Origin: Eledone cirrhosa
Lineage: Eukaryota
Length of the DNA: 64,000 nucleotides
Assembly: GCA_964016885.1 (NCBI GenBank)
Contig: OZ024741.1
Location: 388,802,001 to 388,866,000 of the forward strand
Direction of reading: 5' to 3'
In this document: positions 49,500 through 63,451 of the stretch, piece by piece
How positions within the stretch are numbered: the stretch's first letter is position 1
Layout of the letters: each line of letters begins with the position of its first letter
Notes under the pieces: model-generated
What the model was told of the DNA's origin: nothing
The model's database searches: none
What the model saw: only the letters and a program-made list of their open reading frames with translations
Position numbers and translations under genes: made by a program

Positions 49500-50285
49500 T
49501 TGTCATGTAATCCTGTGCAAAGGTCAATGTAGTATGGATGTCTTTACTGTTTTCAGCCATATTGCAGTGTTTTGGTGGTCTCATTCATGCCAGTCACCAA
49601 TTTGGAACTTTTCTCATACCCTCAAAGACTAAGCTTTTTTAGAGGGAGCCTTTACTTGCCTTATCATAGATACGTCACTGGATTGAGAGTTTTCTTGGGA
49701 TCTAACAGTGTCATCCATTGCTCCTTCTCCCCTAGTAATTTACCACTGTTGGTCTGGGGTTATTTATTTGTGTAGAAGTAGCCCCCTTATATTGTAACTA
49801 ACCATCGTATCTGGTGGCTGTATATGCCATTTGTGACCCATTCTCCAGCAGAACAGCTATTCATGCTAACCCGTATCTATGGTCACAAAAGAATACAATC
49901 GCAAATACAATCAGCCAAAATGAATCTCCTCTGAAGGGTCTTTGTTGTTACTCGATAGTGCATAGCTCAGAAATCAGAGAGTTGCTCTAGGTAGAGCTGC
50001 TACTTTTCCAAATTGAGAGATCCCAGCTCTGATATTACGGACATATGGTTAGAATGTCTCCAGAAAGAATTGCTGGACAGATTGTATGGGCAAAACCAAC
50101 TGGCAGGAGATTCAGGCATAGGCCCCAAGCAAGTTGATTGGATAATATCCATCAGCTCAGCTGGTCTCACTTGAGGATCCAGCTGTAACAACTGAAGATG
50201 GTTGCTTCTGACAGGATCCACTGGAAGGCATGCTTGAGGACTCTGCTCCCACAACCTTCCCAGGAATAAGTGGGCCAAGAAGAAG
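49500..50285. mobile_element. RTE family 1 copy: inverted 5' UTR (49500-49860) joined to forward 3' end (49862-50285)
   Basis: The first part matches 14075-14425 in the same orientation (element minus). The second part matches 7545-7990 (element plus) and has a gaagaag tail. Confidence 0.75.
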
Positions 50286-53200
50286 GCATTTTATCATGGC
50301 ATAGTGTTAACTATGGTCTTTATGCAGTGTTCCTTTTATTGCATTTTTGCATTTTTGACATCATGTCTTAAATACATGTTGTAATCAGTCCAAGCATTTG
50401 ACTAGAATTGTTATTTTTTGTAATGAGGCATTTCATGTTCTACAGTGATCTATGCTTTGTGAATATGATGGAAATCAATACATTTTCCTACATGTAATTG
50501 CCATAATCATCAACTGTAATACTAAATTGTGACTTATCCTCAAAATTTTAAATGCATACATTTTAGACATTACTGCTTCACTTATGAAAGTTCAGATGTT
50601 CAGCTTAAGAGGAGAGTGGACATTTAACTAAAAGCTCTAAGATTTGTGTCCTGGCATTGTGATGTACCTAAGATACTTCTCAGTAGCAGTCTACTTCCTC
50701 ACCTCCCGTAAGGTACAATGTTAAATTAAAGTCTGTTCTAAGCTGAAGGCTCATCAATCCAGTGCTTATGCCTGGTTTCCTTGGCTCTAAGGAACTGAGA
50801 GTACAAGACTCTCCCTGGATAGGACACTGATCTATTGCAGGTAACTCACCACCTACTGCTGGTATTCATTTCAGCTGAGTGTACTGGAGCAAGATGAAGT
50901 AGAGTGTTTTTCTCAAAAGCACAATGCAAGAGTCAAACTGACGACATTACAATTGTACGTCAAGCATCCAAACATGGGTGGAATAAATCTTTAGCATGAG
51001 CTGCAGCAGCACCTGTAGTAGAGATTTGTAAAAATGTACATTTAATAGTCTAACAGCCAGGCCAGTGAAGTACGTCTCATCTGATTTATGATATGGCTCC
51101 TTATTTAAAAGGGATTGATTGTTTTCTATCAGTTGTAGTTAAGTAGCGAATTTGTTTATGTTTAGAGACAATCTCAATGGTCAATTTCTCTTGGAAAGCC
51201 ATCAATGTTATCTTTAGGAGATATATTATTTACCTCTCTAGTGTCACTTTCATGTTGTTTTAGATTTTTAGTTGTGTACATGCTGAGATTTATTTGCTAA
51301 ATATTAGATTCTGTTAGTGATTGTAGATATTCTGAAGCAATATAATGAATCACTTTGATCATTAAATCAATGGCTTATTCACTGTCTCTTTCTCTATGGT
51401 CTACTCTATAAGTCAGACTAGAAATTATCTTTATATTACCATTTGAAGAATAAATGTGTTTGTCCATTGTATATCATGCAGTTCTTGATGCACACCTGAC
51501 AGATAGTGTTATCAGGTGTAAAAGTGTTTGTGTTTTGGTATATTGATGTTGGTAGATTTTGCTTATCAGCAAGAGGTTTATTTTCAAATTTTGACTGTTT
51601 TTAGAAATAGCTGATGCGTATGTCTGTGTATATAAAGAGAGAGGAAGAAGGAGCATCTGAAACATGACAAGATATGTATTAATGTGTTTGATAAAAATAA
51701 ACTAGCATATATTTTAAACAGCCAGCTAAGACAATTTTTAACTGATATAAACATTTCTTTATGACTTTGCTTATAAATAAAATAAGTTGGAATACAGAGA
51801 CTATATTTTTCTTGATTATTTCATACACATGATTGATTGGTTTTTAAGGGCTTTTTTAAAAGCCTCAATATGAATACATCACTATCAAAATACTTAAATC
51901 AAGAGGAATGTTTGCTGTATTCAATTTTTTTTCCTTACCCAATAAAATAGCTGGCTATTATTCTATCATTATTGCCAACTATAATAATTCTATTAAAACC
52001 CCATGCAGTGATTGGCAACTATATTTGCTTTTCTGAATGCTACTGTGTTTTTGTGTAAAAGGTATTTATGTAGTTGCAAAATAACAAATATTTACCAAGC
52101 CTTTGAATAACCTTCTGTTTGCATACTGTGTATATGTGTGTGATAATAGGTAGCATAAACAGATTTAATTACCAGTTTTATAGCTTTTATCTTATATTTT
52201 AAGCTTGTGCAATATCTATAAATTATTTTTTAGTTAAAAAGTTCTATAGTAATATTCAGTAAACTGAGATGAAAAGGTTAATACTTAGTTCCTAAGAGTA
52301 TTGAAGTTGAGCTTTTGAAATTGATAGAAACCATTAAATTGCAAAAATGCCTGGAGCTTGTTTAAAATTGGATCTCTGAAGACAGGTACATTCATGCAGA
52401 GGAATGGTAGTTAATTCATCTCGAAGAATAACAATAGAATAAAAGTGGACCATCAAAGGGGCCTTTCTATGGCTGCCCAAACTGCTAGAAACCACACCTA
52501 CTATCTTAGTCATCTATTATAATTCCATTCACATCTAAACTGCTTATTATAGAAATACAGAGATCAACCCACCACTTGACTAGTACTTTATTCTATCGAT
52601 CCTCCTCAGAAGTATGAAGAGCAGAATTTGAACTCAGAATTTAAAAACAATAATTAGTTACTGCTCAAACAGTTCTGCTAATCCACTGCTTGAACATCTT
52701 AAATACTGTCCTATGTAACTATGCTTTAAACTCCCTTCCTCAGATAGGATGGTCACAGCTGAAATGTCTTTGATCATAAGTTTGCTCGATCACGACTTGC
52801 TTGGAGTAAAGTTGTGTAGCTAAAACGTTTATTCCTTGATTGGGTGAGAGGGGGTTGATTTTCATGTTTGCACTTCTAAATTTAAATGAAATTGATAAAA
52901 GAATATGATGGTAGATTGCACTAATTATTCATGGCATGTGATTTGTGAGATTGCTACTTAATGCATTATGTTAATTAAGAGGAGCTTAAGATATTCTGTA
53001 CAAGTTTCGAATTTTCTCTATTGTTTAGAATCTTTTTCTTCAACTGCATTTTATATAAATAATATTCAAAAAGTAAAATTATTCTTTTATATAATAGGAT
53101 AAAATGTATCACATGTCGTAACATTTTAAATTATTTGCTTTTGAGCTAGTCATAATATTTCTGACATACTTTGGTCATTTGAAATGTATATAACCTACTA

Positions 53201-53872
53201 TGGATAACATACTAGCATGTTATTTCAAAATGAAGTGAAAATGGGCAAGGCATGATAATAAAAGAAAAGATAAGAACTAATGTGCTGAAGGGCATATGCA
53301 AACAAAATTGTCAATGAATTGAAATTTACCTCTTGGAGAAAAGAAACAAAAGGCTAGTAGAAATTGATAGCAACTCTCAAAGAAAAGGGGAGATCATTTC
53401 AATAAATTATGAATTTATTTACATTCTGAGGGGAAAATTTGATCTTTGTTTACCAGTCAAGAGACAGCTAGAGACAGGTTTTGACCATCATCTAATCCAA
53501 TCCAGGGCCTTCTCACTCCTGATGGAGGAACCCCTCTCTGGTTGACCTCTACTGCTTTCTGATTGGTTTTGGTTATGTCTTCAGAGGTGTAGCCATACTC
53601 ACCACACTTGGCCAATTGTGGGTTGGTGAGGCTATTTAACTTATAGTTGGAGTAGATCGCTGTTAACTTTGAGGAGTTCACCCGTCCTTTTAACAGATCT
53701 TGTTTTTTGTGCTGCTGGGGTTCCACTTACTCTCCTCACCAGACCCTTGTCTGGTGGGGGAGCCTTTTTAGTTGCCGAGCACTTGACCATGAAGCAGGTT
53801 GTACTGGGTTACATGGTACCAGTAGCAAGCAGAAGCCTGACCTGGACTTCATCAACATAGTATAATCTACAC

Positions 53873-54014
53873 TAGGCATGTCAAACATGTGGCCCGCAGG
53901 CTGCATGCGGCCCTTTACACCTGCGGTAATGTGCGCAATTAGTTGTGTGTGGCCCTCAGATAACACATATGTTACCCATCTGGCCCTCGGGGCACTCTCA
54001 GTTTGACATGCCTG
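53873..54014. mobile_element. 142-bp hAT (Charlie-like) MITE
   Basis: TIR TAGGCATGTCAAAC / GTTTGACATGCCTG. Perfect 8-bp TSD ATCTACAC at 53865-53872 and 54015-54022. Confidence 0.9.
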
Positions 54015-57000
54015 ATCTACACAAGCCTGTTTTGATCAGTTGACACTTGTTTTAACAAAAAAAGTCCTGAAGATTTTTGGCTTGTAATTTGCATAATTAA
54101 AAACCAAAAAAATGAGCTAAGGGGAATGACTGAAGGGAGCCAATGGTATAAATTTAGATATTTTGAGAGCTGATGTATTGAATAATATACATGCAAAAAT
54201 CTTCTTTATCAATTTTACATCTGCTTTTCCATGCTTGCTTGGTTTACAATTCTTTCCAGTAAGTTTCTGTGTCATCTCCTTTCTGAGTTTCAGCCAGCTT
54301 TCAAAACACTTCCTTCCACATCTTCCTTGGTCTTCTTCTTTTACAGTGCCCTTCCACTTGAAAATCTTGACTCTTCTTCACCCAATGATTATCACCCATA
54401 TGCATTTCTTGCCTGTACCAGCACAACCTTCTCTCCTGCATGTTACACCTGATTCTTTTCATTTAATTAAAATTTCCATCTAAGTTGGAGAAGAAAAAAA
54501 ATTGTGTATGCTATCTGGTACATTACTTAATATATACATAAATAAAACCGTTATTGCTCTAATCATTCTACTAACTCTCAGCAAACACCTTAAACTGAAT
54601 GTCAACCTGTACCCATGCCTCCTGCCAAACCAAACTGTACTCACCCTCAAAATTTGGCAAATCAAACACGGACTACCCATCCTCCCAAATTCAGCATACG
54701 TAACTGGACTTCAACAGCCACCTAATGGAGAAGATAGACATTATTAAGCTCAAGCTGTCATGTTGTGTAGTTTCTATATGATAAAGCCAAAGTTATATTC
54801 ATGGCATTGTTTTCCTTTAATAGAATTTAAAAAAAAAATGTTTGTATCAAAAACCTTTTTAGCTTTGTGCTTCCTTGAGAATAAGCTGAACCAAGTTATA
54901 AGGCTTCTCTAAATGAATATATCCAATATTCCTGTTAGTGTAGTTTTTTAATGTCACTATTCATTTTTACTAGCAGTATACATCATAAGGAGTTGAGTTT
55001 CTGAAGTTGAGGATGCAATAAAAGGACTGCATTTATTTAGTTGACATTGTTAAACAGCTGCAAGCTGAGTTTTGTAAAGCCTCCCTCATATTTCAATAAT
55101 TTCTTCCAAGGTTAGGATCTTTTGTCTGCTCAAGTATAACAATATGGTTGTAAGATTAAATTATATCAAATTGCTAACATTATATGAAGGAACATATATA
55201 TTTTATTCTTTCCATGATATATTGTATTACTGAAATTGTTTTCCATCCAGTTGATTAATGATATGTTAGACAATGATGACTGAGATAGAAGTCTATATTA
55301 GCAAATTAAATGTCTAAATGATAAATAAAAATGATGCTGAATAATTTCTTCTGCATTACATTCAAAGTTGTTGGTGTTGAAACTTTTTCTTGAAAGAGGA
55401 ATGTAAATATAATATGTAATATCTTACAGTAAATGAAATCAAGTAGAAATGTACTCAGATGGCATTTCAGGCATAATCTGATGCAAAAAGAAAAGAAATC
55501 AGTATTGTATAATGAAAAAGTGATGTTGAAAAACATTCATGTAATTACATTAGAAGAATAGAGATTTATTTTTCAAATGTAAGATGCCAATAATGGTAAT
55601 TTTTGTCTTCCTTCTGACTTGTATTTATGCTCTTATATAATTATATTACCTATATTAGAAGTAGTTCACTATGATAGTGAAATTTAAGCCATGAAATCAG
55701 ATAGCATGTTTCTAAAAATAGATTTTCCCATAATTCATTGGAGGTGGTTTGTAATATTGAGTTCAGAGGAAACTTGGTTAGATATGGAATTAGATTTTGT
55801 GCAGTTTGCAAAGGAGAAGTAAGATTGTCTGAAGAAAGTAAAATTGAATTATTCTTCAATGTTTTTTGTCTTGTAGAAAACAGAATGATATTGATTAGCA
55901 TATTGACTTTTTTCAGAGTTGTCTAGAGAATTAAACAAGTTTTACAGGTGTTCGAAATTTGATTCAAATTGATTTTTGTCAATGCACTCTTTGCTAGATA
56001 AATCTTACAGTATTGAAGTTTCCCAAATAAAGTGTTTTACTTGTCCAGGCACATTTTTCAAACAGAACAATGGAAGATGACATACACTACTGGTTATGTA
56101 TCCATAAAGATAAAATTAGAAAGTATATTTTGTAAGTAGCTTTCTTAGCTAATCCTTTTCCAAAATCTTTTTGAGTTGATGTTTTTATATTCTGGTTCCT
56201 GTAGTATTAAGCAGACAAAATTAATCTTCTTGTGAATAAGACAACTGGTCTTTTCCTGTTGGTTGAATTAAGCTCTCATCTCTGCAAACTAATGAACCAT
56301 TTACCAATTCCAGTGATGCTGCCTGCAACGCAGCATGCTACTTGGAATTTGGACATTGAGATGTCCAAATGAACACTGTTTTCTTAGCTGTTTTTCTGTT
56401 ATACTGTTCACTTGGCTAACATATCCTATTTCACATTTAACTCTTAATGTTTTGTACCACATTAGAACACAATAGCAAAACATATGGATATCAATGATGA
56501 CCTGAATTAATAGTTAAGAATCTTCTGCTTTAGCAGATGTTTGTTATGTATGTATGTAATGTCTGTTACTAATTTCATTTAATGGTCTGTCCACAAGTAA
56601 AGATAATATAAACAAACTCTTCTTTAGACACTTTCTGCTAAATCATTACCAGATGTTAAGAGTAAAAATAAACATTTATATTTATACTAAAATATAGGGT
56701 ATTGGGCCATGCCTTACAATTTATGTATTTGAAATGCTTTTCAAATAAAATGTAAAAAAAACTTAATCATATGAAACAATGCAGAAGTTGAATCATACTA
56801 ATCATTTTCTTAATTTAGAGAAATGTTTCAAATTAATTGCTGTAAAAGTGTTAAAGAAACCATCATAGTTAAACTTGAAACAAATAATTGATTTACTCTT
56901 GTCCAAAGAATTAGAAAAAAACAAAATTAAATAAAAAAGGATTAAGAAGTTCTATTAAAGAAACCACAAATTCTTAAAAACTGAAGTCTACCAAGTTTTA

Positions 57001-57934
57001 AAAGAATTATAAATCGATGCTGTGATCAGAATTAAGATACATTTCAAGGATTGTGACTTTACATCGATGAAATTAAATCTTGATGTGAATACAAAATGAC
57101 TTTAGAACACATTAAAACAAAAATTATTTTAAATTCATTTTGTTCACACATGCTTCAGTTGAATGAATAAAATACATTTATTCTGTACTTTTATCTTTTT
57201 TCTTTGCTAATTTTTTGAAATATTATTGAAGCAATAAAAATATTAAATTACTATTGTTGATCTAAATGTAAGCATCAAGTGTTTTTTTTTTTTTAATCCT
57301 TTCACAGAAAGCTTTAAATTCATTCAAGAAATAATAATTGAATTGTTCTTAATGGAAATATTTTTCCTCTTTAATTTATGGCAAGAAGATAGTTTTTGTT
57401 TGAGGTTTCAATGCTTGATCATTGCATTGGGTGAATGGTTTAGTCTAAAACATATATAGACATTAGGTTTACTTGTATCCTAATTGGTATTAATCATTTT
57501 ATTATTTCTGTCTCTTCTGCAAAATTCAGATATTTTATTCAACTTAAACATGTAAGAAACACTATTTATATCAACAGTTTACACCAGCTAATTACATTAT
57601 TGGACATCTACAAACATGATTGAGAGACCCTCTTTAAAATTGCTCGACCTGCTAGAAATTGTAGTTCCCCTCAAATCTCCCCCAAATTACATCTACTGTC
57701 TTGAAAAAGGGAAGGACATATTCGGCTGTGAAATCTTGCATGCATGCATGGTCCCATAATTCCCAAGGGAGTCACAGGGGTGCCGTATTAACATACAGCA
57801 TTTTTGGGGCATTTTAAAACCTGACAGTCCATCTCCTCTCTGTGTCTGAATGCAGCAGATTTCTTCCAGAGAAGGATAGAGAGTGAGAGAATGGAAGTGG
57901 GAAAGAGATATAGAGGAAGAATCGATTGCAGTAC

Positions 57935-58075
57935 TACATTGGTACTTTTTTTTATTGACCTTGATTGGATGAAAGGCAAAGTTGACCTTGGTGGGATTTG
58001 AATTCAGGGAGCAGAGAGCCAAAATGAACACCACAAAGCATTCTATCCAATGTTTTAACTGCCAATTTACTGCCT
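57935..58075 (-). mobile_element. Diverged family A SINE
   Basis: tggtactttttttattgacc...ggatgaaaggcaaagttgacc...gggatttgaattcag. Confidence 0.7.
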
Positions 58076-58670
58076 AGTATAATCTTGGATATCCTGCAAA
58101 AGACAGGTTGGTCCTGGCTGGAATGCCTATGATCATAGGCTTCTTCAATTCAGGACTAGCCTACAGCTAAACAATAATCTCTACTTTGGCATAATAGCTA
58201 ATCTCTAAAATTAATTTAAAATTACTATCCTACTAATCTGGAAAAACAAACCTAATTATCAAAATAATAGTCTTTATCACATTTCTATTAAATACAAGAC
58301 AATTGAGTCTGTATATAAAGGTTTGTTTTATGTTTCCACAGTACTTATCACTATTATTAACTGTCAGACAGAGCAACAAAACTGATGTAGCATGTCCTGG
58401 TTGCCACACAGCTTTCCATTCTCCTAAACCCTGTATCGTGGAGTGTAGAATACTATTCCAAATCACAGTGAACCTTCCTATGAATTTCTCTTGGTTAATT
58501 CAATACCATACAGAGATGATCAAATCCATTAACTCTTAAATCATTACAAGATGTTAATGTTAATTTACATGTTTATAAGTATCTTTACTACTCGAAAGAT
58601 CATTGGGAAACTATGTAGTATTAGACTAAAGACTTTTCTATTCAATGCAGTCAATTATGCTAAAAATAAT

Positions 58671-58859
58671 TGGTTCTACTTTTGGCACATGGCCAGCAAT
58701 TATCCCAGTGGTATTACTGGTGCTTTAGTTTATTGACCCCATCAGGATGAAAGGCAAAGTTAACCTCGACGGGATTTGAACTGAGACAGTAAAGGGCCGT
58801 AACACTATGCTGCAAAGCATGGCGTCCGACCCTCTACTGATACTGCAAATCCACCGCCC
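58671..58859 (-). mobile_element. Family A SINE, full length
   Basis: TSD ttatgctaaaaataat at 58655-58670 and 58862-58877. Confidence 0.9.
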
Positions 58860-60181
58860 TTTTATGCTAAAAATAATGTCATATATGCATGGTTGTTAAT
58901 TTATTAGATAATTAGTTATCACACTTATATTAGAGAGTTCATTGCTGTTTTGTACTTTTCATGCAATACAGTATGTTAAGAGTTAAATAACATTGTCATT
59001 ATAGCTCTGATGGAGTTGACTTACAATGTAGAAACTTTAGGTTTACAGTATTAGTAAAAGTGTGTGGCCTAGTGGTTATGGTATTCAACTCACAAGCAGG
59101 GAAAAGCGGACGTAAAATGATGTTGATGGGTTGGATTCCTGCAGTGAGCAGTGCCTAGTGTGTTCCAGTCTACTCTACTGATAAAAAGAAATGAGTACCA
59201 GCAGGTGGGACTGTTTTTGTGATAGGACTGGGGGCCCCTATCATTAAAACATCCGAAAAACCTACGAGATATGACCACTCAGCTAAACTTACATAGGTGT
59301 GAGTTGTAACATTATATTTGGTAGAAAATAAAATTTTTTTTTTTTATTCTGTTGTATGAAGTACTCTTCTGTTTGGAAGAAATCCTCAAAAAACCATAAA
59401 TTATTGCATTTTTCAGATCTGATGTTGCTAAAGTAGCTTTATATCAAAGAAAAGTAATTTGCAAATTCCAAGGTACATACTCACAGTTCAATGAGTCTTC
59501 AAATTCATTATTGATAATATTGATTTTTAACATAGGCACTATATCTCAAATTTTGGTTGAGTACTTATTTCTATGATATTAAGACTGTCAGTATCTATTT
59601 ATGAATTATGTATGTGTAATACAGTTTGAGATAATAAACCACAACAATGTAAGATAAGTATTTTCATAATAGATTTATCCACTAAAAATTTATTCCCAGT
59701 TGCAAAAACTTGTGAACAAGTTAAACAAACACTTAAGCAAACAAATCAAGATGCTTGTTGAAATAGAAAATGAAGAGCAATCAGTTGGAAGAAATCAATT
59801 CAGTGAATTGATTTCTTGCAACTAGCCTTGACTGAAATTGTCATAAAAATTAATCTAACCATATGGATGTGGCTCAGTGGTACCAAGTATTTGAATTTAT
59901 TTATCAAACATGACAAGACTAATCATTTAACTTCAAGAAATGTAGCAAAATTTCTAATAGAATAAACTATGAATGTTAGGAATTGTGTAATAACATTCTG
60001 AATTCAAATCTCACTGAGATTGATTTTATTTATTTATTTATTTTTTTTTTTTCCCCTTTTGTCCTTTTGGTGGTAAAAAAATAACAGGCCAGTTAAGTAT
60101 TTGGGTCAATTTAATCAACTCCCTCCCTTATCCCCTAATTTGCTGACCTTGTTCCCAAATTAGAAGCCATTATTATTTGAA

Positions 60182-60366
60182 GGGCAGTGGATTGGCAGTA
60201 TCGGTGGAGGGTCAGACGCCATGCTTTCCAGCATAGTTACGTCCCTTTACGATCTGAGTTCAAATCCCACCGAGGTTGACTTTGCCTTTCATCCTTACGG
60301 GGTCGATAAAATAAAGTACCAGTAATGCACTGGGTAATTGCTGGACTTGTGCCTAAAGTAGAAACA
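60182..60366 (+). mobile_element. Family A SINE, young copy inserted at the tail of an older copy (~59990-60170)
   Basis: TSD attattatttgaa on both sides. Near-identical to 15199-15383. Confidence 0.9.
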
Positions 60367-63300
60367 ATTATTATTTGAAAATATTTATAAACTTGTGAGA
60401 AATCATTGTTTTAAAGTTTGTAATTATCCCAGTTAAAGTAAATTCTATTATGTCTTAAATATTCCACTGAACCTCTTGGTATTTTAGATATAGGTGTTCT
60501 TAGCTCATAGAAGAAAATCTGAGACAAAAGTGGTTTGTCTTTTTAATGAAACCATGCAACTGGTCTGCTACAACTACTTCATTAACAACTATTGTATCAG
60601 TTTTCCCTATAGTATATATTAAAAAAAAAGTCATTTAGAATATATAATTGTTAACAGTCAATTTGTGTAGATAATTATCAACACAATTAGTACTATATAT
60701 CAGCAATGGGGTGTGGCTAGCCATCCAACCAATAATAGCTTTTGATGTGAGAAGAGCTTGAGGAAATTGAAAGGTTATTGAAAATCAAGAAAATCTGCCT
60801 CTTTGGCTGCTGTTCCAAGAGAAAAAAAAAAGCAATTAAATAAGAAAATTCTTGTCAATCTCTGCCAAATAAAACAATCAATAGGAATCAATATCCGATT
60901 CTGATAAGGACAGGAATTCTGCAAAAAGCTCAATTAATTGCTATGTACTCAAAAACTAAATTTTAACATGGGTTTATTATAAACTCATACTAAAGGAAGA
61001 ATTGAGATACTTCATAATGTTATCATTGACAAATGAACTACATGGGCATAAAAGATTGCTGCTAGGAATAATCATATTCATTCAAAACACTTTTAGGAAA
61101 TTATTCATAGTATTTCACTGAAGAAGGTATTGTTAATATAGAAGTGAAAATATAAAAATATATACAATAGCAAGATATCAGTCAACATAAAATATATACA
61201 ATAGCAAGATATCAGATCCTGGCCAAAGAGGGTATGAAAATAGTTGATAATTGGATGTCAAGGGTTTACATACAAGTGATGTCCAAGAATTCAAAGAACT
61301 GGCACACAAACCAGGAAAAATATTCTATTAGAAAAGATGAAATAACCAAAGGTTATTGCAATACCAATACATTTTAAAGATAGGGAGTAGCATTTCAATG
61401 AGATTTGGTTACTATTTTGGCAGACCAAGTTACCACCGGGACATGTGAGAAGCAGTTTGTTACTTTCACAGTTATCCGTATTACATGGAAATCACCTAGA
61501 GACACATGCACTATCTCAAAATACTACTACAACATTCTAAAAACACTTTCTCTCCAACTCAATCCTGACAAACATAAACAAAAAGAAGTATGCAGAAAAC
61601 ACTGCAACATCAGTAGCCTTACTAGTCCCAAATGCTGTGCAAGGTGCACACCATCAACAAGAAATACTTAGGAGTACAAGTTATCATGATCTGATCAGGG
61701 AAAATTTATTAGCATGAGGATATGTGAGTGTACAGAAATAGACTAAACAGTGAAGAGTATATCATGTCAAGAATGTCACACTGTACCTCATTTGATCCAT
61801 CACTGCATGTCAGTGTGCATTATGGTTTTCAGCTAGGTGGGAAAAAGTGTAGATCATGCATGGTTTTGGGTTGACTACCTATGTACTGTGATCTGCTAGT
61901 TCACAGCTGCCCGAGGGCTACAACAACCATACCAATCATTCTCTTAAAAACATATTGTTCCAATGTTTATCTTTTTTAACCCCAATCTTGATATTTTTTT
62001 GTTGTGAGAAAAAAATTAAGTTACTTATGTAGCTTTAATTATGTTTATTTAGTTTTCTCAGTGTTTATATCCTGCACCAATATAAACCAGCAAAGAGTAT
62101 ACACATAAATATACATTTGTAAGGCAGGCTTTTGCACAGTTTCTGTCTATCATTTACAAGGCTATGGTAGAAGACATGCTCCAGGTGCTGTGCAATGGAA
62201 TTGAATTTGGAACCATGTAGTTGCGAAGTGAAATTCTAAACTACAGTCATACTGGATTAGCATTGAAGATTATCTTAGCATCTCGATATATTCTTTTCTA
62301 CCTTAGCTAGGAGACTTAATCTATAGTTTTGTAGTTGATCATATGAGGATAGATTAAATATTAAGTCATGATAGCTGCAAGGTATTGTCAGTATTCATGT
62401 TTTTGTAAAGTGTTATGTAGTGTGGTATTAAAGTGAAGAGTATTGTAGTTGATTGTTGTACTGTGAGATTTTGGAGTTTGATATTAGTTTTTTCCCCAAG
62501 GCCACAACTAACTCCAATACTCCATCATTTCTATTTTAACTAATTGGTTTGTTTCTTTCATTGATATTTAATCTTTTCTTCTGATTATGCATCAGTAGGA
62601 ATGTTGAGTGTTTGTACTATATTTTCTATCCAGGCATTGTTATTTCATCATATACTCTACATTAGTTCCTTAATATGAAATTGCTTCAGAAATCTAAGAA
62701 ATTAAACAAGCGGTATCATCTAGTTTTCTCTTCACAACAGTATTGAGATGATTATTTCAGATAATTTTAAAATCTCAAAGCTTTCTATTTAAATTGCAAT
62801 GTTGAATAGCTAAAAGTATTATTTCAAAGTGCTGTTTTTTTAGTGTGTATTTTATCTCAATCCTGATAGATCTACCTTAATTTAAAGAAGGAAAAGATAC
62901 TACTAATTTATAATAGCACTTGTATCTAGAATGCTTAAGAGATGATTTATAATAGCTCTTGGGTCTAAAATAGTTAAAAAAACAAAGAAAAATTATGGGT
63001 ATTCAATCAATGTTCATATTACAAAAGTTTGAAGTGTTTTCTTGGCAATTTAAAAACAGTATAAATGTTCAATCACTGAACAGTTGGGTTTCTTGAAAGT
63101 CTACAAGTATTTGATTTACATAACTAGACAATCCATATTAGATATTTCAGAATTGTGCTGTTAGTATTGAATGACCCAAATCGACAAGATCCCTGACTTC
63201 ATTTGCTTACTAAGTGGGATGGACCATTGGTTTTTCCTATTGCTAATATTATCAACTGGTCATAACTCCCAGTTAGTATTAGATAAGATATACTATCTGC

Positions 63301-63451
63301 TTTGAAAACACATTTTGTTTAACTATCAGGATTATAAAGGAATGTGTATCTGCATGAAAAAAAAAAATCTATTTTTAATGTCATTTCATGGTAAGAAAAT
63401 ATCTAAAATAAGATTAGCTGTTAACATCTTGCAGTGATTTAGCAGAAAATA

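Noticed and set aside
51493-51520. Hairpin acacctga...tcaggtgt as a miRNA precursor (also ttggacat/atgtccaa near 56350)
   Set aside because: The stems are only ~8 bp, too short, and have no other support.
53540-53592. Minus-strand cctCTGAAGA...GAAAgcagtagagg hammerhead-like string
   Set aside because: Stems II and III cannot pair. It is at best a very old remnant.
55650-56483. ORFs at 55650-55901, 55738-55926 and 56301-56483 as host exons
   Set aside because: No recognisable domain or convincing splice boundaries.
61112-61152. CTGAAGA motif with flanking ttcac/gtgaa pairing as a hammerhead
   Set aside because: There is no stem III or NUH cleavage triplet.
60700-61860. A-rich block possibly a decayed transposase or LINE
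   Set aside because: I could not identify any diagnostic motif or termini by eye.
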